64,000 bases of DNA from Candidatus Marinacidobacterium sp. Lineage in GTDB: Bacteria > Acidobacteriota > Vicinamibacteria > Marinacidobacterales > Marinacidobacteraceae. A program made the position numbers and the translations under genes. Position 1 is the first letter of the stretch. Each line of letters opens with the position of its first letter. Of the stretch, positions 21,277 to 30,794 are shown in pieces. The DNA is taken from contig OZ242011.1 in the NCBI GenBank assembly GCA_965204755.1, positions 384,001 to 448,000 on the forward strand, written 5' to 3'. Under the pieces are notes generated by a model. The model worked only from the letters and a program-made list of their open reading frames with translations. It had not been told where the DNA came from and did not search any database.

Positions 21277-22982
21277 ACCTGGTGCATCGTCTTGCCGCCG
21301 ACCACGGTGCGGTGGACGACGATCTGCTTGATCCGGTCGGGGTCGCTCAGGGCCACCTCGTGCGGGTCCTCCTCGAGCATCACGAAGTCGGCCAGTTTGC
21401 CGTTCTCGATGCTGCCCTTGAGGCGCTCCTCGAACGAGGCGTAGGCGCCGTTGATCGTGCCGATGCGGAGCGCTTCGTCCATGTTGACCCGCTGGTTCTC
21501 GCCCCACACCCGGCCTTCGGTGTCCTTCCGGGTCACCATCGCCTGGAGCGCCATCATCGGCTCGTAGGGCCCCGGCACATAGTCCGAGGCGCCCGCGACC
21601 CGGATGTCGTAGTCGAGGAACGACTTGTGGGCGAACATCCACTTCATCTTCTCTGCGCCGTACTCCACCCACTTGTTCCCGTGGTAGTGGACATAGGTCC
21701 AGAACGGGGTCGGGATGGAGCCGGTGTCCCGGATCCGCGCCAGGAGGTCCGGGTTCACGAGGGAGCAGTGTTCGATCCGGTGCCGGGCGTCGCGGGGTGC
21801 GTCGGCGAGGACCTTCTCGTAGGCGTCGAGGACATACCCGATGGTCAGGTCGCCGTTCGCGTGGATCCCGATGTGGAAGTCGTACGCGTGGGACTCTTCG
21901 ACCGCCTCCATGATCTCCTCGGGAGTCATGGTGAGGATGCCGTGGTCGTCGGTGCCCTCGTACGGCGTGCTCATGTACATCGTCCGCCCCGAAGCGGAGC
22001 CGTCCGCGCCGTACTTGACCGCGCCGATCCGCAGCCACTCGTTGCCGAAACCGCGGTGGATCCCCGCCGTCTTGAGCGCGCTGTAGAGGTCGGAAGCGGC
22101 GGAGGCGAAGTAGTACATCCGGTAGCGGAGTTCCCCGGCGGCGTAGGCGTCTTCGAGGGCGCGCAGCCCGTCGGAGTCGCCGCCGGTCTGGTGGACGCTG
22201 GTGATCCCGGCGGCCGTCATGAGTTTCGACATGTGGGCGACGCCCCGGCGGAACTCGTCCCGGCCGTACTCCCGGCGCATCCCCACGCCCCGGAAGACAT
22301 CCTGCGCCTTCTCCTCGACGAGACCGGTCAACTCCCCGTCCGCGTCCTTCTCGAACCTCCCGCCGGGAGGATCGCCGATGTTCCGGTCCACGCCGGCCAT
22401 CTCGAACGCCTTGCTGTTGTACCAGGCGATGTGTCCGCCGCGGTGGGACACCCGAACCGGGTGGTTCGGCGCCGCCTCGTCGAGGTCGTGGCGGTTGATG
22501 CGCCGGTACTCGCCGTTCTCGGTGACCTTGGTGTCGTCGTACTTGAAGCCGTCCACCCAGTAGCCGGCCTCGGTGTCCGCGGCGGCGGCGCGAATGGCGA
22601 GTTTGATGTCCTCGATGGTGCGCACATCGAGGTTCACCTCGAAGAGGTCGCGCATCCCGCCGGGATGGCAGTGGGCGTCGATGAAGCCCGGGACGACGGT
22701 CATCCCCCCGGCGTCCACGACCTCCACGCCCGGGCCGGCGAGGTTCGCGATCTCGTCGTCGCTGCCGACCGCGGAGAAACGGCCGTGCTGCACGGCGAAC
22801 GCTTCGGCGGTCTCCATGGTCTCCGCCCCATCGGCGTACTTCGAGGTGTACACCCGGGCGTTCCGCACGATGAGGTCCGGGCGGGCGGAGCCTCCGGGCG
22901 AACAGCCGGCGGCGGTGGTGAGCCCGGCCGCCGCGGCGGCCCCGCTCAACTTGAGGAACTCGGCTCGGGTCAAGGCCGGCAT
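21273..22982 (-). CDS. Amidohydrolase-3 family (YtcJ-like), Tat/lipoprotein signal
   Basis: Motifs TRAEFLK, PGFIDAHCH, DGSASGRT, HANGD, RIEH and GSIENGKLADFV. RBS CAGGAGG precedes ATG 22982. Confidence 0.88.
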   Translation of the reverse strand: MPALTRAEFLKLSGAAAAAGLTTAAGCSPGGSARPDLIVRNARVYTSKYADGAETMETAEAFAVQHGRFSAVGSDDEIANLAGPGVEVVDAGGMTVVPGFIDAHCHPGGMRDLFEVNLDVRTIEDIKLAIRAAAADTEAGYWVDGFKYDDTKVTENGEYRRINRHDLDEAAPNHPVRVSHRGGHIAWYNSKAFEMAGVDRNIGDPPGGRFEKDADGELTGLVEEKAQDVFRGVGMRREYGRDEFRRGVAHMSKLMTAAGITSVHQTGGDSDGLRALEDAYAAGELRYRMYYFASAASDLYSALKTAGIHRGFGNEWLRIGAVKYGADGSASGRTMYMSTPYEGTDDHGILTMTPEEIMEAVEESHAYDFHIGIHANGDLTIGYVLDAYEKVLADAPRDARHRIEHCSLVNPDLLARIRDTGSIPTPFWTYVHYHGNKWVEYGAEKMKWMFAHKSFLDYDIRVAGASDYVPGPYEPMMALQAMVTRKDTEGRVWGENQRVNMDEALRIGTINGAYASFEERLKGSIENGKLADFVMLEEDPHEVALSDPDRIKQIVVHRTVVGGKTMHQV

Positions 22983-23061
22983 GGCGGTGTCCTCCTGGTG
23001 GTCAGGAACAGATGTCGGTTCGGGTCGCGGTAACTCGGTGCTGCTCACCCTCGGGGGCGCA

Positions 23062-26000
23062 TCAATCGCGCTCCGGTCGGGGCGTGAGGCGGGGCGGGCC
23101 GTCGGCGCGGAGCGCCTCGTTCAGGGAAGCGATCTCGGAGCGGACGGCGCCCCAGGCGGAGAGCCGCTCGTCGAGTTCGCTCTCGAAGCCGGCGATCCGC
23201 GCCCGCGTCGCTTCGTCGGGCGCCTCGGTGTAGTTGTCGAGGTTCCGCGCGGCGGCGGCGATGCGGGCGAAGAGCGGGCGGGGCCGCGCGCCGCCGCCCC
23301 GGGCGCCCTCCGCGCGGGACAGCCGGCGCGCCGCCTCTTCCGCCCGCTCGCGAAACGCCGTAACCCGCGCCTTGAGATCGCCGTCCGGCGCCGACTCGAA
23401 CGCCTCCTCGAGGGCCTCCGCCTCTTCGGCGGTGGCCTCCGCCAGGGAGTGCTCCTCATGCATCGTCCCGAGCATTCCCGCGAGCCGGCGGAGCGCGTCG
23501 TAGTTCGCGCGCCGGTCGGCGTCGGAGATGCCGAGCCGGGGATCCTCCCGAACGGTCAGCGCCGCCTCGGCGGAACTCCCGCCCAGCCGGACCCGCGCGG
23601 TGTACGCGCCGGGCAGCGCGCGCGGGCCGGGAGGCGGCGCGCGGAACCCGACCCCGGCGCCGGGAATCGGCGAGTCGTGGCGCAGGTTCCAACTGGCGCG
23701 GTTGAGCCCGGGTTCGACTTCCAACTTCGCCGAGTACACCGCCGACCCGGCGGCCGGCCCGGCGTCGGCGACCACTTCGATCTCCGCTTCGCCGGCCTCG
23801 GCCGCGTAGATGTGGAGCAGCGCCCCTTCCGGCGGATTCTCCGCGACGAAGAACTCGTGCCCGGTGTTCCCCTTGTGGTTGTACATCCGCCAGGCCACCG
23901 CGTCCCGGATCGGGAACAGGTGCGCCTTCTTCTCGAAGACGGCGGCGTCGAGGGTGGAGAGCGGCGCGATGTCGTCGGCGATCCAGATGCTCCGGCCGTG
24001 GGTCCCCAGGATCAGGTCGTTCTCGCGCGGATGGAACGCCAGGTCGTCCACCGGCACGGTCGGGACCTGCCCGCCGATCCGGCGCCAGGTCTCGCCCCGG
24101 TCGAGCGTCACATACGCGCCGAACTCGCCGCCGGCGGCGAGCAGCGAGGGGTTGTCGTGGTGCTCGCGGATCACATTCAGCGCCGCCTCTTCCGGCAGCG
24201 TGGCCGCGAGCGAACGGAAACTCCCGCCGAAGTCTTCGCTGGCGAAGACATAGGTCGCGTAGTCGTCGTTCCGGTGCCCGTCGAGGGTGACATAGACCCG
24301 TCCGGCTTCGTGCGCCGAAGCGATCACGCGGGTCACATAAGTGCGCTCCGGAACGCCGGGCAGGTTCGCGGTGAGGTCCTCCCAAGTCGCGCCGCCGTCG
24401 CGCGTCCGCTGGAGGTTCCCGTCGTCGGCGCCCACATAGATCGTCTGCGGGTCGAGCGGCGAGAGCGCGATGGTGACGATCTGCCCGTAGGTGGAGATCC
24501 CGTCGTTGGCCGAGAGCGTCTCTTCGGTGACCGGTTTCCCCATGATCGGGATCTCGTCCCGGTCGAGCCGTTTGGTCAGGTCCGGCGAAGCCGTCCAGGC
24601 ATCGCCGCGATTCGTCGAGGAGAACAACCGGTTGCCGCCGTAGAGCACCAGGTTCGGGTCGTGGTCGGAAACCACGATGGGACTGTTCCAGTCGAACCGG
24701 TAGGGAGTCTCCTCGTCGTCCGGCTGCGGGCGGATGAGTTTGGTCTCGCCGGTCTTCCGGTTCAGCCGCCGCAGGTTGCCGTTCTGCGACTCGATGTAGA
24801 TGGTGGACGGGTCGCCGGGAACGACCTGCGTGTAGAAGCCGTCCCCGCCGCCGATCCGGAACCAGTCCTCGTTGCTGATGCCTTGCCGGAAGGTCGTCCG
24901 CGACGGGCCGCCCCAACTGCCGTTGTCCTGGAGGCCGCCGTAGACGCCGTAGGGCGTCTCGAGGTCGTAGCCGATCTCGTAGAACTGGCCGAGCGCGATC
25001 GTGTTCACGAAGTCCCAGGTGAGGCCCCGATCCCAGGAGAAGTGGATGCCGCCGTCCGATCCGAGGAACATGTGGTCGGAGTTCGCCGGGTCGATCCACA
25101 GCGCGTGGTGGTCCCCGTGGATCCGCTGCACCCGGTCGGTGACGAAAGTGCGGCCGCCGTCTTCGGAGTTGTACATCCGGGCGCCGAGCACCCAGATGCG
25201 CCGGTCGTTGTTCGGGTCTATGTGGATGTGGCTGTAGTACATCGGGCGCGGGTTGGTGTCGCTCATCCGCTCCCAGGTCAGCCCGCGGTCTTCCGACCGG
25301 AAGACGCCGCCGTCCGCGTTTTCCACGATCGCGTACACGATCCGCGGGTCGCTGCGGTAGATGTCGAGCCCGATCCGTCCGGTGTCGCCTTCCGGCAGCC
25401 CCTCTTCCAGTTTCGACCAGGTGTCGCCGCCGTCCGTCGTCCGGTGGATGCCGCTGCCGGGGCCGCCGCCGGCGAAGCCGTGGGCGCGGCGGCGGCGCTG
25501 GTAGAGCGCGGCGTAGAGGATGTTCGGGCTGCCCTCCTCCATCACCATTTCCACCGCGCCGGTGTTTTCGTCGCGGTAGAGGACGCGCGTCCAGGTCTCC
25601 CCGCCGTCCGTGGTGCGGAAGACGCCGCGCTCTTCGTTCGGCCCCCACAGGTGCCCCAGCGCCGCGACATAAACCGTGTCCGGATCCGTCGGATGGACGA
25701 TCACCCGGCCGATGTGGTGGGTGTCTTCGAGGCCCCGGTGCGTCCAGGTGGTCCCGCCGTCGCGGGAGACATACACGCCGTTCCCCCACGAACTGCTCTG
25801 CCGGTTCGCCGGCTCGCCGGTCCCGACCCAGACCACCTGGGGATTCGACGGAGCGACCGCGACGGCCCCGATGGAGGAAACCGCCTCGTGCTGGAACTGG
25901 GGGGTCCAGGTGACGCCGTGGTTCTCGGTCTTCCACAGGCCCGCCGAGGCGGTGGCCACCCACAGGGTGCGCGGGTCGGACTCCACGACCGCCACATCGT

Positions 26001-26199
26001 CTATGCGGCCGCCCATGATCGCCGGCCCGATGTTGCGCCACTCCAGCCGGTTCAGGACCGAGTCCACCTGCGCCGCCGTCTGCGCGCCGGCCGCCGCCCC
26101 CATCCCGAACGCGGTCCCGAGCGCCAGGCCCAAGGCGGAGCAGAGCGCCCACCGACGCAGCGCGCGGCAGCCGCGCCGCCGTACAGTGAAAGAAGCCAT
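23062..26199 (-). CDS. Large secreted BNR/VPS10 (sortilin-like) beta-propeller protein, glycosyl-hydrolase-like
   Basis: Signal peptide, WRNIGPAIMGGRI, many SxDGGxTW BNR repeats, GGLQDNG and GTHGRS. Confidence 0.85.
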   Translation of the reverse strand: MASFTVRRRGCRALRRWALCSALGLALGTAFGMGAAAGAQTAAQVDSVLNRLEWRNIGPAIMGGRIDDVAVVESDPRTLWVATASAGLWKTENHGVTWTPQFQHEAVSSIGAVAVAPSNPQVVWVGTGEPANRQSSSWGNGVYVSRDGGTTWTHRGLEDTHHIGRVIVHPTDPDTVYVAALGHLWGPNEERGVFRTTDGGETWTRVLYRDENTGAVEMVMEEGSPNILYAALYQRRRRAHGFAGGGPGSGIHRTTDGGDTWSKLEEGLPEGDTGRIGLDIYRSDPRIVYAIVENADGGVFRSEDRGLTWERMSDTNPRPMYYSHIHIDPNNDRRIWVLGARMYNSEDGGRTFVTDRVQRIHGDHHALWIDPANSDHMFLGSDGGIHFSWDRGLTWDFVNTIALGQFYEIGYDLETPYGVYGGLQDNGSWGGPSRTTFRQGISNEDWFRIGGGDGFYTQVVPGDPSTIYIESQNGNLRRLNRKTGETKLIRPQPDDEETPYRFDWNSPIVVSDHDPNLVLYGGNRLFSSTNRGDAWTASPDLTKRLDRDEIPIMGKPVTEETLSANDGISTYGQIVTIALSPLDPQTIYVGADDGNLQRTRDGGATWEDLTANLPGVPERTYVTRVIASAHEAGRVYVTLDGHRNDDYATYVFASEDFGGSFRSLAATLPEEAALNVIREHHDNPSLLAAGGEFGAYVTLDRGETWRRIGGQVPTVPVDDLAFHPRENDLILGTHGRSIWIADDIAPLSTLDAAVFEKKAHLFPIRDAVAWRMYNHKGNTGHEFFVAENPPEGALLHIYAAEAGEAEIEVVADAGPAAGSAVYSAKLEVEPGLNRASWNLRHDSPIPGAGVGFRAPPPGPRALPGAYTARVRLGGSSAEAALTVREDPRLGISDADRRANYDALRRLAGMLGTMHEEHSLAEATAEEAEALEEAFESAPDGDLKARVTAFRERAEEAARRLSRAEGARGGGARPRPLFARIAAAARNLDNYTEAPDEATRARIAGFESELDERLSAWGAVRSEIASLNEALRADGPPRLTPRPERD

Positions 26200-26358
26200 G
26201 CGCGTCACCGTCCCGGTCGTCCCCGGTGGTTTCCTGGTTCGCCCCCGCTCCCGCCCGGCCCTCTCCCACCGGGCGAACGGGCGAACGAGGATATCAAGCC
26301 TCGATATCAGGCCTCGACATCGGGCCTCCCGGACGCGCGGGCCGCCGCCGGAAGCGGT

Positions 26359-28086
26359 TCAGCGGGTGGCGTCCACCTGCACGGTGACGATGTCCACATC
26401 GTGGTACTTCTGGTGGCGGACCGAACTGGCGTAGTGCCGCAGCAGGCGGAGCGAGACCTCGCTCTCGCCGGCGGACTCGCCGATCTCCGCCAGCAGGGCG
26501 AGCCGGTCCTCGATGTTCGCCTCGCCGGCGGCGGCCACGAATTCCAGTTCCGCCGAGCGCCGGTCGGCGCGGGCGGTGAGCCGCACCTGCCGCTCGGCGC
26601 CGCCGCCCGCCTCCTGGAGCGTCAGCAGCGCCTCCTCCCCGGCGGACCGCAGCCGCTCCGCCGAGCGCCGGTTCCACCGCTTGGCCTCCGCCAGGGCGCT
26701 CAGCAGGTCGTCGGTCTTCGGGCCGGCGGAGTCGAGCGGCGCCGTCAGCGAGCGCCGCCGCGCCCCGGTCCACTCGACGAACAGGGTGAGGACGATCGCG
26801 GCGAGCGCCCCGGTGGCCATCCCGTTCCCGAGCAGTTTGCTCCACCAGTCGCCCAGGCTGTCCGCGAAGATCGCGCCGTTCTGGAAGCCCACGCCCAGCC
26901 AGAAGGAGATGCCGACGATCGTCGCCTTGCGGACATCCATGCCGTCCTGCACCACCATCCGCATCCCGAGGACGAACAGCAGCCCGAGCACGGTCAGCAG
27001 GTAGGCCGCCACCACCGGGTTCGGGATCGCCAGGAAGAACGCCGCGAACTTCGGCAGGAAGGCGGTGCCGACGAACAGGCAGCCGACGAAGACCCCGATG
27101 CGGCTCGCCGCCACGCCGGTGAGTTCGGCCATGGCGATGCTGCTCGAGTAGGTGGTGTTCGGCACCGTGCCGGCGAGGCCCGACAGCAGGTTCCCGGCGC
27201 CGTCCGCGGCCACCGCGCCCTGCACCACCCGGTAGTCCGGCGCCTTCGGCTTGCGCCAGGAGACGCGCTGGATGGCGATGGAGTCGCCCACGGTTTCGAT
27301 CGCGCCGACGAAGGTCACGAAGACGAACGCCGGCAGGAGCGCCCAGAACGCGCCGCCGAAGTCCAGGTCCAGCGCCGGCCAGCCGGCGAACGGCACGCCC
27401 ACCCAGTCCGCCGAGGCGACGGTCTCGAAGTCGTAGATGCCGAACAGCGCGGCCGCCGCCGACCCGAAGAGGATCCCGAGGAACGGCGCCCACAGCCGCA
27501 GCGCCCCGCCGCCGCGCAGGGCGACGCCGGCGATGACGGCGAGCGTCGAGGCGAACACCGCCGGCCCGGCGTACCCCGGCGCGCCGGCGGGAAGGTCGGC
27601 GAGCGCGGAGAACACGATCGGCATCACCGTTACCGCGATCAGCATGATCACCGTCCCGGCGACCACCGGGGTGATGACGCGCCGCAGCCAAGAGAGACGC
27701 GAGGCCAGGGCGAACTGGAAGAGCGAGGAGGCGACCACCAGGGTGGCGAGGAGCCCCGGCCCGCCTTCGACCAGGGCGGTAACCGAGACCGCGATGAAGA
27801 CCCCGGAGGTGCCCATGAGCAGGATGTGCCCCGCCCCGATCCGCCCGACCCGCCTGGCCTGCAGCACGGTGGTGACCCCGCTGACGGCGAGCGCGGCGAA
27901 CACCGCCCAGGACAGGTAGGGCTCGCCGAGCCCGGCCGCCCGGATCACGATCACCGGCGTCAGGACGATCCCGGCCACCATCATCGCCCCGGACTGGAGG
28001 GCGAGCCCGAGCGAAAGGGCGAAGGGCGGACGCTCGTTCGGTTCGTAGAGGATGTCCGCTTCCCGGCGGGCGGCGGCGTCACTCAT
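26359..28086 (-). CDS. NCS2/NAT (xanthine-uracil) permease fused to a C-terminal RsbW/HATPase-like domain
   Basis: Many TM segments with ITPVVAGTV, IETVGD, ADGAGN, PNTTYSS and PKFAAFFLAIPNPV, followed by a ~130-aa soluble tail. Confidence 0.8.
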   Translation of the reverse strand: MSDAAARREADILYEPNERPPFALSLGLALQSGAMMVAGIVLTPVIVIRAAGLGEPYLSWAVFAALAVSGVTTVLQARRVGRIGAGHILLMGTSGVFIAVSVTALVEGGPGLLATLVVASSLFQFALASRLSWLRRVITPVVAGTVIMLIAVTVMPIVFSALADLPAGAPGYAGPAVFASTLAVIAGVALRGGGALRLWAPFLGILFGSAAAALFGIYDFETVASADWVGVPFAGWPALDLDFGGAFWALLPAFVFVTFVGAIETVGDSIAIQRVSWRKPKAPDYRVVQGAVAADGAGNLLSGLAGTVPNTTYSSSIAMAELTGVAASRIGVFVGCLFVGTAFLPKFAAFFLAIPNPVVAAYLLTVLGLLFVLGMRMVVQDGMDVRKATIVGISFWLGVGFQNGAIFADSLGDWWSKLLGNGMATGALAAIVLTLFVEWTGARRRSLTAPLDSAGPKTDDLLSALAEAKRWNRRSAERLRSAGEEALLTLQEAGGGAERQVRLTARADRRSAELEFVAAAGEANIEDRLALLAEIGESAGESEVSLRLLRHYASSVRHQKYHDVDIVTVQVDATR

Positions 28087-28130
28087 CGCGGCGGCGGAAA
28101 CTACCAGTACGGCGGCGCCGGCGGGCGGCG

Positions 28131-29204
28131 CTACTCCGCGCTCCCGGACGGCGCGGGCTCGAGGGTCACGCCGCTGCGCAGGTAGAGGTTGCGGATCGGG
28201 TACGGGATCTCGATTCCGGCGTCCTCGTAGCGGCGGTGGAGCGTCTTGACGAAGGCGTTGACCACCGGGAAGCGGTCGATCGGCTTGGCCGCCTGCAGGA
28301 CCGCGTCGAAGGTGATCGCGGAGTCGCCGAAGGCGGTCCACCGCACATCCCCGGCGAAACCCGGAACCGCGCCCTCGGTCGTCTCCTGGACTTCGCGGAT
28401 CACCTCCCGGGCGAGGGCCTCCGCGCGCTCGAGGTCGGTGTCGTAGTGGACGCCCACCGCGATGGTCACCCGGATCCGCGGATCGGGGGTATGGAAGTTC
28501 GTGAGGACCGAATCGGCGAGGACCGAGTTCGGGATGACCACATAGTTGTCGAGCAGCGTGCGGAGCGTCGTGGTGCGCCACCCGATGTCCGTGACATAGC
28601 CCTCGACCTCGGCGTCGTTCACCCGCAGGAAGTCGCCCACCTGGAACTGCCCGGCGGCGACCAACTGGATGCCGGCGAAGATGTTGCCGAGGGTGGGCTG
28701 GAGCGCGAGGGCCAGCGCCAGCGCCCCGACGCCGAGCGTGGCGAGCAGCGGCGCCACGGAGACCCCCACCTGGTCGAGGATCAGCAGCGCCCCGCAGACC
28801 AGCGCGACGGTGATGACCGTGTTCCGCAGGATCGAGACGCCCTGGCGCCCGATGCGCTGCTGGCGAACCCGCAGCGTGGCGAGCCCGAGGTCCACGAAGA
28901 CCCGGATCGCCGCGAGCACCAGGATCACCTGGAGACCGGTGGTGATCAGCGGCGCGACCGCCTCCGCCGGCGGGACGAGCGCCATGAGCAGCCGGGTGGC
29001 CGCCACCGCCAGGACGAGCGAGGGGACGAGGTGGAAGGCGTGCCCCGCCACCCAGTCGTCCCATTCGCTCTCCGTCCGCTCCGCCCAGCGCCGGAGCCCG
29101 CCTCGCGCGGCCCGCTCCACCAGGAGACCGACGAAGAAGCCCGCGGCCAGGACCAGGAAGTAGAGCGCCGCCGCGTAGAGGGCGCCGTCCATCGCCCCGT
29201 TCAT
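28131..29204 (-). CDS. Small-conductance mechanosensitive channel (MscS family)
   Basis: Motifs LGVGALALALALQPTLGNIFAG, EGYVTDIGWRTT, IPNS and GIEIPYP. Confidence 0.9.
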   Translation of the reverse strand: MNGAMDGALYAAALYFLVLAAGFFVGLLVERAARGGLRRWAERTESEWDDWVAGHAFHLVPSLVLAVAATRLLMALVPPAEAVAPLITTGLQVILVLAAIRVFVDLGLATLRVRQQRIGRQGVSILRNTVITVALVCGALLILDQVGVSVAPLLATLGVGALALALALQPTLGNIFAGIQLVAAGQFQVGDFLRVNDAEVEGYVTDIGWRTTTLRTLLDNYVVIPNSVLADSVLTNFHTPDPRIRVTIAVGVHYDTDLERAEALAREVIREVQETTEGAVPGFAGDVRWTAFGDSAITFDAVLQAAKPIDRFPVVNAFVKTLHRRYEDAGIEIPYPIRNLYLRSGVTLEPAPSGSAE

Positions 29205-30043
29205 CGCCCCGCCGACTCCCGTTCGTCCGTTCGCCGGCGGAACGCGCCCCACATCTCCTCGAAGAGTTCGTCCCGGCGGTCGGTGAGCCGGTGGTCGCCG
29301 TCGGCGATCTCGACGAGGTCGGCGGCCGGGGCGGAGGCGGCGAAGTCCCGCGAGAGACCGACCGGGACGACGGCGTCGGCGTCGCCGTGGAGCAGCAGGG
29401 CCGGCGTCTCGAGGGCCGCCGCCAGCCGGTCGTCCGGATAGTTCCGCTCGTCGGCGACCGCGCCCCAGCCGAATTCCAGGACGAGGTCCCCGATCGGGAC
29501 GGGGTAGTAGCCGCGGCGCGCCCAGTCCTCCCGCTCCGCCTGGGAGAGGCTCGCGGCGAAGCGGGCGGTCATCCCGAAGGCCGGCGCGACGGCGAACACC
29601 TGGGCGACGGCCCCGGGGTGGAGCGCGGCATACCAGAGCGCGGCGATCCCGCCCATCGAAGACCCGATCAGGACGACTTCCGCGCCGGGGCGCTCCGCGC
29701 CGACGAACTCGACGGCGCGGCCGGCGTCCTCGAGGTTCCGGGAAAGGGTCAGCCCCCGGCAGTCGCCGCCGGACTCGCCGTGGCCGGTGAAGTCGAAGGA
29801 GAGGAAGCCGTGGCCCCGCGAGACCACCCACTCGCGGAACCGGGTGGCCTTGGATCCCGACCGGTCGGCGCCGAGCCCGTGCAGGAAGATCCAGACCGGC
29901 GGCGGGGCCGAGAAACCGGAGGGGCCGCCCGGCGGCGGCGTCCAGGAGAAGGCGAGCCGGGCGCGGCCCGGCGCTTCCGGCTCGAGGAAGAGCGGCGCGT
30001 CCGGCCCCGGCCCCGCACTCTCCGGCCCCGGCGCCCAAGACAT
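29201..30043 (-). CDS. Alpha/beta hydrolase
   Basis: Motifs FLHG, FDFTGHGES, GSSMGG, HGDAD and GDHRL. Confidence 0.88.
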   Translation of the reverse strand: MSWAPGPESAGPGPDAPLFLEPEAPGRARLAFSWTPPPGGPSGFSAPPPVWIFLHGLGADRSGSKATRFREWVVSRGHGFLSFDFTGHGESGGDCRGLTLSRNLEDAGRAVEFVGAERPGAEVVLIGSSMGGIAALWYAALHPGAVAQVFAVAPAFGMTARFAASLSQAEREDWARRGYYPVPIGDLVLEFGWGAVADERNYPDDRLAAALETPALLLHGDADAVVPVGLSRDFAASAPAADLVEIADGDHRLTDRRDELFEEMWGAFRRRTDERESAGR

Positions 30044-30059
30044 CGTTCGGGTTCGTACC

Positions 30060-30764
30060 TTACCGAGCGCCGTCCGCCGGATCGGCGGCGTCCGCGAGCC
30101 GCCGGGCCTCGGCGAAGACCCGATGGAACATGGGCCGGGTGAGGCGTCCGGTGAAGGTGTTCTGCTGGCTGGGGTGGTAACTGGCGAGCAGGTGCAGCCG
30201 GCCGAGCCGGGCGCCGGCGCCGTGGGCGAAGCGCGGCGCCGGGCGGGGAACGGCGCCGCCCCCGGCCCGCCGGGCGGCGAGGAACGCCCGGAACGCCACC
30301 GCGCCGAGGGCGACGACCACCCGCAGCCGGGCCCCCGCCGCGGCGAGTTCCTCGACGAGGAACGGCCGGCAGGCCGCGAGTTCCTCCGGGGCGGGCCGGT
30401 TGTCCGGCGGGGCGCAGTGGGCGGCGGCGGTGATCCGGGCGTCGAGCAGCCGCAGGCCGTCCCGCGGGTCGGGGGAGTGCCCGGCGGTCGAGAAGCCGAA
30501 CCGGTGGAGGGCCTCGTAGAGCCACTCGCCCGAGCGGTCCCCGGTGAACATCCGCCCGGTGCGGTTCGCCCCGTGGGCGGCGGGGGCGAGCCCGACGACG
30601 AGCAGCCGCGGGCAGGCCGCGCCGAACGAGGGGACCGGCTTCGCCCAGTAGGCCGCGCCCCGGTGGCGGCGCGGAGGGTCCGCGGCGACGGCCTCCCGGT
30701 GGGCGGCGAGGCGCGGACAGCGCCGGCACGCCGCCACCCGCGCATGGAAGTCGGCGTCGGTCAA
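30060..30764 (-). CDS. Uracil-DNA glycosylase family 5 (UdgB-like, 4Fe-4S)
   Basis: Motifs CRRCPRL, GLAPAAHGANRTGRMFTGDRSG, HCAPPDNRP and YHPSQQN. Confidence 0.92.
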   Translation of the reverse strand: MTDADFHARVAACRRCPRLAAHREAVAADPPRRHRGAAYWAKPVPSFGAACPRLLVVGLAPAAHGANRTGRMFTGDRSGEWLYEALHRFGFSTAGHSPDPRDGLRLLDARITAAAHCAPPDNRPAPEELAACRPFLVEELAAAGARLRVVVALGAVAFRAFLAARRAGGGAVPRPAPRFAHGAGARLGRLHLLASYHPSQQNTFTGRLTRPMFHRVFAEARRLADAADPADGAR

Positions 30765-30794
30765 CGGGAATCCGGGGCGGGCCGGAGTGCCGGA

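Noticed and set aside
22573-28185. 1870-aa plus-strand ORF, and similar giant ORFs at 4496-8059 (+), 14172-18641 (-) and 42008-45205 (+)
   Set aside because: These are antisense shadows of well-supported genes. They are Arg/Gly/Pro-rich with no domain motifs, as expected at this GC content.
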